Of a DNA stretch of 64,000 nucleotides, positions 24,525-38,487 are shown in pieces. The first letter of the stretch is position 1, and each line of letters starts with the position of its first letter. The notes beneath the pieces were generated by a model. It was not told the DNA's origin and did no database searches. It worked only from the letters and a program-made list of their open reading frames with translations. Both the position numbers and the translations under genes were made by a program. The stretch is from contig CBFFRP010000363.1 in NCBI GenBank assembly GCA_965644295.1, positions 620,001-684,000 on the forward strand, written 5' to 3'. The stretch is from Paraphysomonas bandaiensis. Its lineage: Eukaryota > Protista > Chrysophyceae.

Positions 24525-26632
24525 TACTATTCAGACTCGCTTGCTGCAGTGCATTTTGATATGTTCATTGAGTGGGAGTATGAAGCATCAAGTACGTACG
24601 TAGGAGTTGGTAGTAGCTTAATAATATTATAGCTATTCGAAAGTTCCACGGCTTATTCGTTTCACCTTCCTGACTTCAATAAGCCAATTTTTTGCATCAG
24701 ATAAGCAATAAGCATTTCGTGAAATAGATGAAGTCCTTGGAAGGGCTGTTGGTTTTGAGGAGAATGAAGCCTGTGGTGAAGTCAACAGTCACTATAGTTC
24801 AATAACTCGTATATTAGCTACTGTTGCGTGACACATCACTGCTGTTTTACCATTGAATAACATGCTGTGATTGGAAAACATTGCACACAGAAATTACACT
24901 TATCTCTCATCAAAATGAGGTACATCATAATATATCAAGGGATATGCGCATCTTTGAATTCCTTGTAGTTGTATCTGGGATAAGGTGCAAATTATAAGAA
25001 CTCACTGCAATCTCACAGAAGAGTTGTGAATGACTGGTACCCCATGAAGGATCGAGTAACATCTAGAGTTCAGAGGAAATATCGAAGTTCATAGGTGATG
25101 ATCGGCCTTGGCCTACATCGTATTCTTCCAAAATGAGTTTGCCTAACTTTTTCAGTCGTCCGTGTTCCTTTTTATATGGGATTTCAGGATATAGTAAACT
25201 CAATCATTATCTAAGAACCCATGTTATATATATATATATATTTGATGAGATGTATCGAAAATTCCTCCCCATAAAAATTTTTCAGTCATTTTATGATGTC
25301 TTCTGTTGATACTTGAGCTATGTCCAGCCATGCAGTCACAGGTTTCTCCCAGTTGTGCTTTTGCTTGACTCGAATTGTTGTTTAAACAATGTCAATATGA
25401 AATTAATTCCAACCTTCGGAATTAAAAATCACATAGTCCTGTTTTCGGCATTATTTCCAGATATAGGACGGACTCTGCTAAAAGAACGTTTTGTTAAAAA
25501 GTCTGTATGTTCCTCCCTGTCAGGAAGGAGATAGGTTCTGTTTTGTCTATCCATATTAAAGAGTGCAGAGGCTTACTTCTCCTCTGTTCTAATATTTCAG
25601 GGTACGAATGCGGTTACTACACTAAAAGGATACAGGTATTATTATATCGTTCTTCTAATTTTGTAGTTGTAGAAACTATAACCTCTTTCTGACTTTGTGA
25701 TGTTTTTCCGAAAGTGCTTGTGCATTGCTCAGCAGGATGCATTCTATGAATGGGCATGTAGTTGTAGAGGTAACTTGCAGTCTGTGTAGGACCTTAGGGA
25801 TACATTATTTAGATCGTCGAGATGTGGTTTCTAAGTCAGGCGGTTTCATGAGATTTGAGATAGCCGCAAACATTTGTAAACCATTATTGTAGAGCGACAG
25901 TAGTAAATCAGAATAGCATTTTTCGAGGGCTGGACATGCCTATTTGTCGATGATGTGGCCAACAAACCCAGAGAAGTGATTTCACCAGGTTTCATATATG
26001 TAGGTAAGTGTCATACTCGTTTTCCATTGATGTCGCTGTGAAGACGACAATGCTTCAGAGTAATCAGTGTAATCAAACATGTCATCTTGAGAAATGAAAG
26101 GTTCCATTCATCTACTATAAGCATGGTGCTCAAGACATTACCGACTACACGATGAAGGGTTTTATTAAACCAATACAGGGTTCAAGACCCTCAGGTGGTA
26201 CCAGCAAGAAATCTAATACTGGATACTGGCAACTGGAAACAGGTTACCGTCTTCAAATTTAGTCTCAAATTCACCACCCAGGTGTGATCAGCCTGTGATT
26301 GACAGCAAATCTAACAGTATTCTTGTATTTTCAGTGGGCTTATTAATGATATTTTTGACGAACTCTACCCAATCCAAACTTTCCTAAATTGATAGGACTC
26401 TTACCAACCCACTAGCTGAACGCTATATTAAGTTTTGTTGTTTGTGCTAGAAAAACTGAAATACCTTGACAGTATTTCATTGATTTTTCGAGTGTGCATT
26501 GCTATAAGTTCAGTTTCTTACTTCTAGTTACACCAGTGTACCTCTCGTGGAGCTTCCTGAAGAGCGTAGTGTGGGGCCTAGGCCATCATCTTAGCATCTA
26601 TTTTCCATCTTCATTCTTCATAGCCATAAAAG

Positions 26633-27412
26633 CAGGGATAGGGAACAATATATTGTATTGCAATACATTGTACAATATATTGCAATATATTGTAAAATAT
26701 ATTGATTGGTAGACTGGTCAAATATTCCATCAATAGTGTTTCTGCTAAAAGAGCTCACAATACTATTGCAATATATTGCAATCAATATTATGATAGTCAT
26801 ATAAGAGAAGATTCTCAACTGTAGGGTGCAAAATGGATATAAATAACCGAGAAATTGATTACAACATTACAAAGGATAATGAAGCTGATGTTGACTATGC
26901 GACTAAAAATCTTCAGTCAGCTCAAAAAATTAAGAAACGTACAGATGTACAGATCCACGAGTCATTAACGGTTGCCTGGCCTTGGTATGTACTTCCAATA
27001 CATGGGAACGTCTGTTCAGCACAGCTAAACATATTATATCAGTGTTGCGCAAAAGTATCCATCCTACTTAATATGCTGTTGTTTTAGAAAGCTCTTCGAC
27101 AGTTATGGCCGGATACTAGCATATTTCAGTTAATTCTGTGGATGAATATGGTGATGTTGACCTCACCGATGATGGCTCAGAGGATGAGGACGAAGTTGGT
27201 TTGGTTGTCATGTGATCTTAATGACTAATACTAAAAATGAAATCTACGGATGTGTTTACCTACTGATTAGTCAAACTAATATATCGCAATACATTGACAA
27301 TATATTGCAATATATTGTAATTGTATTGTAGGACCGGTTTAAAAAATCCATCAATACTATTGATGGAACGCTATCTAACAATAGTATTGCAATATATTGT
27401 TCCCTATCCCTG
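26633..27412 (+). mobile_element. non-autonomous hAT element (780 bp)
   Basis: 23-bp TIR CAGGGATAGGGAACAATATATTG; 8-bp TSD CATAAAAG at 26625-26632 and 27413-27420; internal remnant TSNTWERLFSTAKHII; subterminal ATTGCAATAT repeats. Confidence 0.92.
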
Positions 27413-27679
27413 CATAAAAGTATCCCAACTTAAGGCCCTATACAAAATTGACTTCGATTTCATTCTAACTGATATTGTGCAGTGATAAGAAACATCTACA
27501 TACATGGGGTTACTGTTCGGTGTCGTAATATTTCATGGCATATGTTGCGCTATTTTTGTGCATGTCAGCACCAAAATGGTACATTACCTCAAGTATTGCA
27601 TTTTCTGAATTACTCTTATTCTAACTCTAACAATGCAGCAATTTACTTTGTTACAAATTTGAAGTGTACATGTGATTTG

Positions 27680-30600
27680 CTAGTCGTAATTCGCAGTCTT
27701 GTGGACAGAATCGAATTGCATTCTTTCCTCTCGACACTGATGTACAAACTTCATCACTTCGTGAGTGTTTGGGGTACATAATACTCTCTCATTTTCAGGT
27801 AAATATGAACTAACTCTGTAAGAGGGTGTAGCCCAGAGCCTTTCATCTGCTATCTTGCAGACATCGGTATATGCCGGTACACATCCTCGTAACTCAGTCA
27901 GCACATCTGTATATCCCAAGTCACCACGTCGGAGATCTTCTCTCAGAGTATTTTCGAGCTCCGCACATCGACGCTTTTCCTCATTGCAATCTGCGCGAAG
28001 CTGAGAGGCCTTTGAAGCGACAATTTTCTCCTGGCATTCGGGATAAGAGGTATCCAATATTGAGATACCAGCACGTGGTAGAGGGTTTACTATCTCGCAT
28101 TCGGATGCATCCATTTCCATCCTTGTCCTCTTATGTGTCACCACGGTGTGGTCTTCTGTCACAATGCATTCACAATCACTTCTCACAAAAGTAGTTTCCC
28201 AAAAGTCATTGACGGCGGAATTACTCTGGCAATTTATTTCGACGGGCTTACGAGATATTATGGGGCTATTGCAATTGATTGCTGTCCTAGATGTCAGAGC
28301 ATGCAGTCCCGAGTACGCTCTTTTAGGTTTAATACCAGGGTAGTTATCCTCTGGAATCTCTGAGTCACTCAGTATGACCTGCATTGAAGTACGGTCAACG
28401 GGTGGGTAGAGGAGATACATTTGACCACTGTAGCTGCTCCGGTCAGAGCGAAGAGACGACGACAAATCACGGGCTCGACGCTGATACAGTATTGTCAGCC
28501 ATCTACGCAGCAGCGAAAACCTAGCATTGCTTTCACCTCCACTGATTCGCCGCAATGTAGAGCTATCACTTCGTCTACGCTTGCAATCTGAGGCAGTCAC
28601 TTTGCTGGAATTATCACCAACAACCTTGGATAAGAGGCCATTGAGGCCTCCAGGTACAACCCAGCCCCTAGTGTTGAGTGCGTTGCAAAAGTGCTCACAC
28701 TGAACTTCCACCGAGCCGACAGTTTGCCACTGCGGGAGACGAAACTTGGACAGTAACGACAGTGCATCTTTGAGTCTATTGACGTCCGTCCAGTCCACCG
28801 GAAGCGAATTAACCTCGGCTTCCGTACAAAGCCCGCTCATGTTCTCATATAAGGATCCTTTCACGAACCCTCCCTCAGAAAAATCAACAAGTGGAAATAT
28901 TGAGTAATGTGCATCCCTTTTTCTGCTGGTCGATAGTATAGAGAGCGTATGGTGTATTCGAGATTCGCATGCATCAATGCACATAGTAATTCTTTCTAAA
29001 CACTGAGCAACACTGGTGGAAAAATGCGGCATCTCTTTACACTCCTGTTTTCTCATTCTTCTTCTACCAACTGTTCTGCCAGACGGTTTCGCCTCTGTGT
29101 CGGAGACGTATCCCTCAATGCCATCATCAACATCAAGCTCTTGACGCATATTATCACTCCCAGAAAAATATTCGTTGTCACTCCATATTGCATTAGTCAC
29201 TGCCTCTTCTGCCCAATCACAAACACCAACACGCTGTACCAAAGGGAGCGGGGCAACACTTCCAGCCAACGCCTGCACACTAGCAAGCACACACTCTTGA
29301 CATGCTTCAAGTGCATAAGCAAGCGGACAGCCTCGTTTGGTGTAGCCAAACAATTCGTCATTGTTCTTCCCTTTTCCACTTAGTCGCACTGGTAGATCAT
29401 CATTTTCCATTTCCATTTCAATCAAATAAGCTTTCTGAACGTTGACTTCTCTGTTAGAAACATCGGCTATCGACTGAATAAACAATGACACAATGTCACA
29501 TGCTTCATCACCGGGACTTATTTCACGCCAGGTCGATATACGGTTGGTACAAGACCTGTGAGGTCCTTGCTCATGGTTATAGCTATGATTGGCTGAATTG
29601 CGTGGTTGATCTTCTTCAACCGATGACTGTGAAGAACGCACTATTTCACGGGTCAAAATGATTACTATAGGTACACCCTTTCGAACCAACTCAACGCAGG
29701 ATGCAGTGAGGTCTTCGAAGTATTTGCGTACATTCAGCTCTATGGAATCATCATACAAGATTTCAGAGAAGCATCGTCTGTTGAAACCTGCCTGCATTAC
29801 ACTCATCGTTACATCAGGAAGCACTACAATAGATGCCAGAGTAGCCAATACAGGGGTCCGTGGGAATATCCCCTTACCACCTCTACCACTGCATCCATCC
29901 ATGACAACAACGTGCACACTGCGGCGTATCGGTCGCTTCCCTATGTATCCACAAACTTCCTGGCTAGTGGAGTAAGAAATACGCTCTGGGCACTCCGAAT
30001 CAACAGACTTTTCTGGGTCACACAGGATGGCCCGCAGCATATTTGGTAGCAAGCAAAATGAGTGATCCCACTGCGCAGTGGTGTGCGTTGGAGTTAGAAT
30101 CGATAGTTTGAAAAACAAATCATGTTCCCAGAGTGGTCCAGTGCCTAAGTCAGTGGTAGTTTCGATCATACTACGCCCCAGAAGAGATCGCATGCGATTG
30201 CACTGAACAATAAACAAATCGCCCGCCACAGCTGGTGCAATGCCACGTGTCCCCCATTTACCGGCATAACCAGACATCAACGCACGAGCCGAGTCATAGA
30301 GAGGAATGCAGCTCCCTCCAAAAACAACGCCGCTTGGGTCAAAACTGAAAGACTCGCGCGCTCGCTTGTAATTGAGACGAATGCGTTTAACACCAACTTT
30401 ATCAACACAATGTGCCAAATTCGGCACTGCTTGAATGGATAGTAGCTGTTCATTTAGTCTTTCTCTACGTTCTAGTACACGTTCATATACTTTCAGCCAT
30501 AAGTGAAACATGAGCTTCAGAGTGTTTCTAGCATTGCGCTCCACCATATCCTGTGTTCTCTTTCTCCAGTGCTGCATTACACGGAGAAGAGTCCATTTTT

Positions 30601-33600
30601 TCTTACGTTGAATACACCTCTCTGTTAACACGCCTAGCTCTCGATCACGTCGAGCCTCCCGCTCCTTCTCCACAGCTGCCTGTCGAACTGCCTTCTCCTC
30701 AGCCGCCCGCCTCACCCTATCCATTTCCCGTCGCTCAGCATCTATCTTTTCCTTGTCAATGCGTTGCTGCTCTAGGATCATATTTGCCTCCTTTTGTTTT
30801 AACAGAGCCTGCTCCGCTTCGGCCTTCTCCCTCATTCGCCGCGCACGAAGGTTTTCTTTCGGTATTTCTACGGTGGCAGGTGCACTTACACCTACAACAG
30901 GGGTAGATTTTTCGAGCTGAGTTGCTGCCAAGGGATTCGTAAAGCCTAATACTGTACTCTTATCACTGACACCTTTCTTCGATGTCTCGCCGAATGAGAC
31001 ATTTCCGAGGCCTCCACGATCTACTAATGGTGGCTGAGATGTTAATGAGTTCGAAGGTACAGGTTGACGTTTTGAAGATACTCCAAAACTTCCGAATGCA
31101 GATGACGAAACAGTTGAAGATAGATTCGAAGTTTTCTCCATCGATCCTTGGGAGCCATCATTCGAAATGCTGCATACATTAAATATAAGATAGAAAACTC
31201 CAGACAATCATGCAACGCGATAGAAATATCTTCACAACATGGACTTTCCCGAAATCATATACCCACAACAGACACAAGACGACGACTTGTATTACCTTGA
31301 AAGACTACTGCCACTCTTTTTCTTGGTGAGTAAAGACTCGGCAATCTCACCGCGTGGGGATCCAGGAGATGGAACTCGTGTAGGCGATACTTGAGTTCTT
31401 GAGGGTAACAGTTTCGACGACGTGCGTTGAGGTGTTTGTGGCTTAGAGACGTTGGACCGGGCACACTGAAACGGTGGAGTTGAGCTATCTGAAGAACTAC
31501 TCGATCCAGCATTGAATAGTACTGCGCCTGAGGCAAGCCCCTGTGATACTTCAGCACGAGATAGATGACTAACTCTCTCTGCAATTCCGCGCTCCATTTG
31601 ACGAGTGGTAGGGACCGAAGAACAATCAATTCTCCCGTTAAAAATTATCTGACTTTCACCGTCGTTTTCAGGTGACTCCATAACCTACAGATTTACACAT
31701 GCTCAACGACACCGGTGGAATACGATACATACTCCATACCTCGAGACCGCATTGCTCCGTAAAATCCGCCGCATCGCTCTCATCCTCAAACATGAGCATG
31801 CGAACAAGGTCTGAAATTGGAAAGTTTACTTCTTGTTTTCCCGATCGCAGCACACGATTCATAACTTTTAAAGCCTGTGCGTAGTAGTTACTCGCAATCA
31901 CTGCAACAACAATACCAGTATTTACCTCCATGCGCATGAAGCCAACGTACTTAAACAACGCGCATGCCTGCAGGAAGTTGGAGGTCCGAAGCAAGCGGAA
32001 GAATGCGGCATAATTTCCCACCCTTCGTGCTCTCACAACCTACAAAATTGCCATGAATATAACGATTATAGAATCAAAACAGATTAGATCTCACTTTCAG
32101 AGCGAACTGTATGCTTGGATGGGCAAGCACCTCTTCTCCTATCGTCTGGATATACTTCTCCACCTACATATGTTATTAGCAGTTACACTTTCCAAACAAT
32201 ATGACAATGTTCACCTCTCCCTCATTATCCAATTGGTAAAGGATATAATATGATCTAAACTCCCCTTCATTCGGCACATCCACAGTGTCTACGGCAGTGT
32301 CAGGGTTTTCAAACTTCATCTGTCTGCGGTTGCTTGCTTCGTCATAAAGCTCATTCAACGTCTTCAAGAGCTTGTTCAACTGCTCTTGGTGCTGGTATGC
32401 ATCCTGCTTCACGTAATACTCTGTACGAGTAATACAGTCATGTCACTAAAGCTCCCCGGGAATAGCAGCGTAGCAAGTCTCACCTGACCAAAGCATCTGG
32501 TGGTCCATCATGATATGCCATCGAGTCATTCTTTCATGACATTCTACACAGAATGCATCCAACCGCCCGCCAAACCTGTATAAATATCAATCAGTATAAC
32601 TTGGAGCAGCAGTAGTATATCAATGCCTGTAATTCTGTAGAATAAAGTCTTTTGCTATCATACGGTACCGATTCCACACAAAGTGGTAGACGTCTAGGGC
32701 GATCGGACCACGAGCGGGATCTTCATCCTCTTTTACTTCTAGATCCAGAGACATGACATTCTCGTCCATGTAATCGATCGTGCGTAATAATGCTCTGTGA
32801 GGCAAAAGGGAAGAGGATGTCATCTCTTATGTACACATCATGTTTGCCAATTGTTTGTACCTTGGGGTCCGCACAAGATGTGGAATGGCCAGTGTGTGAT
32901 CGGCTGAACTCTTTTGTAATTGTTTGATCATTGTTCGATGTAGTGTATTAACAAATTCGTCCTCCAGAACGGTTCCTGCCTCTAACCTCTCGTCGAATTC
33001 CAGGGGTTGCTCAAACAAATGAACATCACTCTGTCTTACGCGCTTTACTATTTCCTCTCTCGGACACATATCTTCACATGTACCAACAATCTGACCCACA
33101 GTAAAAATATATAACTTTACAACGTATTTACTCAACCTGCCCATCTGCGTGCAGCTCAAGTGGAACAACCGGTGATGGAGTAGTCATTTGTCTCGCTCGG
33201 CCATTCTAACCATGGAAAGGTTAGCGCACACCCTATATAGTATGACGTACCTGAAGACCGCCACTTGGAACAGGTACGTTCGTTGCAGTAGAATAAGATG
33301 AGAATTTGGATGAGTTGGAAGGACTGTCGTCCGTAGTCTCGTCCCGGTTCTTGCCAGATATATTAGCCAGTCCAATAGTATTTCTCCAAGAATTTTTAAC
33401 ACTTCCTGCAAGAGAAGAAGATGAGATGCTATCCTTGTTGCCTAGCCTAGTTTGAGCTCGTGCAAGGGCAGGAATACCCTCGGCTGGTTGCAATGCCCCG
33501 CTTCCATGCGATTTCCCACCGACAAAAGCTGGAGTACCCTCGGCTGGTTGCAATGCCCCGCTTCCAAACGATTTCCCGCCACCAAAAGCTGGAGTACCCT

Positions 33601-35500
33601 CGGCTGGTTGCAATGCCCCGCTTCCATGCGATTTCCCACCGACAAAAGCTGGAGTACCCTCGGCTGGTTGCAATGCCCCGCTTCCATGCGATTTCCCACC
33701 GACAAAAGCTGGAGTACCCTCGGCTGGTTGCAATGCCCCGCTTCCATGCGATTTCCCACCGACAAAAGCTGGAGTACCCTCGGCTGGTTGCAATGCCCCG
33801 CTTCCAAACGATTTCCCGCCACCAAAAGCTGGAGTACCCTCGGCTGGTTGCAATGCCCCGCTTCCATGCGATTTCCCACCGACAAAAGCTGGAGTACCCT
33901 CGGCTGGTTGCAATGCCCCGCTTCCAAACGATTTCCCGCCACCAATAGCTGGAGTACCCTCGGCTGGTTGCAATGCCCCGCTTCCAAACGATTTCCCGCC
34001 ACCAAAAGCTGGAGTACCCTCGGCTGGTTGCAATGCCCCGCTTCCATGCGATTCTCCACCGACAAAAGCTGGAGTACCCTCGGCTGGTTGCAATGCCCCG
34101 CTTCCAAACAATTTCCCGCCACCAAAAGCTGGAGTACCCTCGGCTGGTTGCAATGCCCCGCTTCCATGCGATTTCCCACCGACAAAAGCTGGAGTACCCT
34201 CGGCTGGTTGCAATGCCCCGCTTCCAAACGATTTCCCGCCACCAAAAGCTGGAGTACCCTCGGCTGGTTGCAATGCCCCGCTTCCAAACGATTTCCCGCC
34301 ACCAAAAGCTGGAGTACCCTCGGCTGGTTGCAATGCCCCGCTTCCATGCGATTTCCCACCGACAAAAGCTGGAGTACCCTCGGCTGGTTGCAATGCCCCG
34401 CTTCCAAACGATTTCCCGCCACCAATAGCTGGAGTACCCTCGGCTGGTTGCAATACTGCGTTTTCACGAAGGTGTCTGTTCTCTGTGGAGTGTACATGCT
34501 TCTCTGATTTCGCAGGAACATGAGAATTAGAGTGCCGAGGTGGCAGTCCATAATGCATCTGGCCGTCAGAGTCATCGGCGTTTACTTGGTTTCCGATAGC
34601 GGGAGGCTGCGACGAAGTGTTAAAGTGCCCCTCTGATTTAAGATGTGCATACAATGCACTGTTTGAGTCAAATACGGTATTACAGACCCGACAGGAGTAC
34701 GTGCGTCGTGGCCCAGGTTTCCCCCTGCCTCCGTTGTCTCCCTGCCCACGTCCTCCCCAAGACGAACCAGAGTCTCCGCTATCTTGTCGTGAAAACGGAC
34801 CTTTCGTGTCAGATTCTCCACCTGACTGGTCACTGCTAGCGGTATTAAAATGCTGCTTTTCTTTTAAATGTAGCACAAGTGAGGTCTTCGACTCGAAGGA
34901 GGCGTTGCATACTCTGCAGGAGAACGACCCAGCGGTACTATAGGGTGGGGGGCGAATAGTATCTCGTCCTCTACCTCTTCCCCGGCCCCGCCCTACTTCC
35001 TGATCCTTTCCGTCTCTATATCCCCGAGGCCATCCATTTCCACCGTCACCCCGAGAAGATGTACTCGTGCTAAACATGTGAGAATATCCTTGTTCACTCC
35101 CACTGCTCTCTGCCCACCTAGACTGCTGCGACTGTGCCGTCGACATATCTGAAGAGCGGGTAAGACTTTGAAATGGACTACTTCCCAATTCTCCCCACCC
35201 CTGTGGCGGTGAATACTCCAGAGGCACGCTTGGAGGCTGAATTTTTCCAAACGTTTGTCTAGGTGGTGTTTTGTGGGGTTTAGTGTTCTGACCCACGTAG
35301 CCACTGCTATTACCGAATGGTACGGTTGTTGAGCCCTGTGAGAAAGAAGAGCTTTGATCGGACCCTTGCTGCTTCATGTTCATTGCGCCGCTACCACCAA
35401 TAGATCTACCGCCACTCACACGGCCTTGTCCTCGTCCACCTAATCGTCCACGCCCTCGACCACCTAGTCGTTCTCGTTCTCCAGAGGAGAAAATATCCAT
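27680..35500 (-). CDS. SAC3: SAC3/GANP (MCM3AP-like) TREX-2 scaffold protein, multi-exon
   Basis: IVGTCEDMCPREE...LVRTP...LLRTIDYM...VYHFVWNRYRMIAKDFILQNY, NEGEFRSYYIL, GNYAAFFRLL and LVRMLMFEDESDAADF; N-terminal RGG, two C2H2 fingers and FG-rich repeats; long C-terminal exon (ORF 27680-31207). Confidence 0.85.
33470..34453 (-). repeat. coding 60-bp tandem repeat, about 16 copies (20-aa unit GSGALQPAEGTPAF[G/V]GGKS[F/H])
   Basis: Exact 60-nt periodicity visible over 16 consecutive sequence lines. Confidence 0.98.
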
Positions 35501-36374
35501 CACGGTCAATTAAGCCACTATCAATCGACAGTTACTGATAAACAGCAACGCTTTGCATGAAATCAATACAGAGAATAGCAAAATATCATACGATAACTCT
35601 GAGATACCAGCGTAACTGTATGAATGTTTTGTATGCGTTGGGATGCGCTCTCATGTGCGCATATATATACAGCACTTCTGACTTCTCCTGCACAGCAGCA
35701 GGACAGCGCGGCATCGAGCTGTATACGGTATAGTTTCGTATAGGTAGGTATACTACGCCTCTTCATCTTAACAAAATACTGCTCGGTATTATATACTACA
35801 GTCAAACAACACAGCACAGTGTACTCTCTTTTGTAGGTTTATATAAAATCGGGGTGTTTGAGTGAAAAATCCCTAGGAATTCCTGCCAAGCATAAACTCG
35901 TTCACCATAACGAGAGCGGACTATGCTGTACCAACACAGCACCAAATATCATTATTCAATGGTTGTTTTCTATAGAGAAGTCTCGCAATATTTTTGTCTA
36001 ATATTATCTGATTTCAGGATTTTGGGAAATCTCTTCTTCCCACCCTTACCTTAATATTAGGCTGTTTTTTCCTAAAATCCTGCTATTTCTACATTTTATC
36101 CAAACCGTAAAACAGAGGTTTAAGGACTATGATACGAATATATGGGATTTTTTTTTCACGTACAAAAAACGTGACCGCAAAAGTATTTCGAGAAATGTGG
36201 TACAGTACTGTATACCGGAATACCAGGTCTACAGGTACAGTATTCTGATTCATTGATCAAGTCGCAACACAGCTAGCAGGAGCACCATCACAATTCAAGT
36301 GAACATCTCTGAGGTGATCAACATCTTCTTCTTATCGCTAAGTAGGACGGGTTGACTTATATTTCTTTGTCGTC

Positions 36375-38487
36375 ATGGAATGTTCATCTACTCCCCACAG
36401 CTATGGTATGTTGTTCAATCTGATGGTGGGGTGTTTGTTCGCGGCTCTGGTTGCGGTGCTTGTAGTGGTGTTCTCTGACCTGCTACAGAGCTTAAAACCA
36501 AAACCACAGCCTGTTGAGCCGGTACAAGTTCACACCAGAGTTGAACATCAGCCCGTTACCAAAGAGTTGTTTTGTGAGGAGAGGGAGTATCGTATTGAGA
36601 GGAACGGCAACTTTACTCCTTCCGAGAAGTCTGTTAGGAGTAATGTGTGGAACAAACATCCCACGTGGCATATTCCATCCTTAGAAAGAGAAAAAATACA
36701 GGTGTTTTCTGGAATAGATGACATCTTAGCAATATTAGAGAAATATGACGTCAGCCCCCACAGAGGGTTCCTGCCAAACAAAGATCCTCTGCAGAGACTA
36801 CCAAACGAAAAGTACTATCTTTGGGAGGATATGGCGGATGATCTCCCCAAACTATTGGGCGCCCGACTAGGTCAGGTCCGAGAGCCGCTCTGTCGGTTGC
36901 CTGTTATCTCTACGGACGAGCTTAAGACTGTGGAAGAGCTCCGAAGGGCCCAGCTACTTCTATGTCTCTTTGCCCACGCTTTCGTCTGGGGCGGAACACC
37001 AGTTATGGAGTATGTACCTAAAGGCATCTCCATACCACTATGGGAAGTTTCCTGTAGGCTAGATACCCCACCAATTCTAAGTACTACTAGTTTGTTTTAA
37101 TGCGTAAATTCGGCTGATGTGTGAATGCAGTGAACATGGCTATTACATTATATAACTGGAGGAGACTGGATCCCCATGCAGCCATTAGTATGATGAACCT
37201 TTCCACCCTAAACAACTTCTTCAGTGGTCGAGATGAGAGCTGGTTTTACCTTATTACAGTTGAAATTGAAGCTATCGGAGCTGGGGCGGTGAGTTCATTG
37301 TAGTTGGGCAACTACAGTTGATTGTTCATAGTTTTCTAATGAGTCCGTAGGTTGTACCTTTGATGCAACTCAACGCCGATATAAAGCGTGCTACCTCCGC
37401 GACTGCCACTCAAATAAGTGGCGGAGCGAAACATGTTGTACGTAATGTTATTCTCCTAGAATCCATCGCCAGCAAGCTATTAGTGGTAGCAGAGTGTATT
37501 GATAAGATGGTTACTTCACTCTCAACTATGAGGGAGGGATGCCACCCCTTTATTTTCTATCATCGAGTTAGACCATTCCTAGCCGGGTGGAAGAGCAACC
37601 CTGCTCTTCCCAATGGTGTGAAGTATGAGGGGGTATATGTCAAGTGGTCTGACCGTGCCCGTCCCCCTGCTTTCACGGGTGAACAGGGGAACATCGAACC
37701 GAGCGGGACTGAGAAGGCCAAGAGTTGGTTTTCTCTCGGTGGCAACAGGGAAGGAGGGTTGGATGAATGCCCAGCTCAATATTTCTCCGGCGGCTCCGCA
37801 GCACAGTCTGCCTTACTTCCATTCCTGGACATATGTCTCGGTGTGGACCACACTGATCACGACAAATCTCCTAACAGCAATGGATTTTTGAAGTCTATGC
37901 GCGAGTACATGCCGCGACCACACAGAGAATTCCTGGAATACATGGAGGGAAAGACGTGTATTCGGGGCTTCATGGTTAGCTGCCAGAAGGAGCTTGTGCA
38001 GGAGTCATTGTCCCGTGGATTAAGCCCACCAAAGAAAATGAGCTTACTGAATGACTTGCAAGAGCAAGCCGACAGCAGTGTGGATAGCGTTCTCAAGGAG
38101 GAGAAGCAGGAAGATGGGGAAACGGATACTGCTGATAGCGAAAATACCTCATCCGTTACCTGGACTTGGCGGGGAGAAGGCGGTGAGGCGACGGCAGTTA
38201 CCGCAGACGATGGGCTGGATGAGAGAGTATACGATGCTTTGCAAAAGCTCTGTGATGCCTATGACTCCTGTCTGACAAACCTTGGCAAGTTTCGCACTGC
38301 TCACATATCTCTTGTAGCGGAGTATATTCTGGCTCAACAACGACACGGTTTCAGTGATAAGTCCATTGAAGGAAATGCTGGTGGAAAGGGCACAGGGGGC
38401 ACTGATCTCATCAACTTCCTGAAGCCGATTCGCGACAATTGCAATGTTGGAGTACTGAAGCAACCCAGTGGAGCAGAGCAAACTTAA
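36375..38487 (+). CDS. IDO: indoleamine 2,3-dioxygenase family haem enzyme with an N-terminal transmembrane segment
   Basis: Three exons; RGFLP, AHAFVWG, LYNWR, DESWFYLITVEIE, FYHRVRPFLAGW, GGSAAQS, MREYMPRPHREFL, FRTAH and GTGGTDLINFLK. Confidence 0.92.

Noticed and set aside
24600-26620. Probable old transposase debris
   Set aside because: No intact motif, TIR or TSD could be identified by eye
33442-34575. Long overlapping ORFs in other frames and on the opposite strand (377, 351, 162 and 151 aa)
   Set aside because: By-products of a 60-bp repeat lacking stops; only the frame continuous with the RGG and zinc-finger exon is credible
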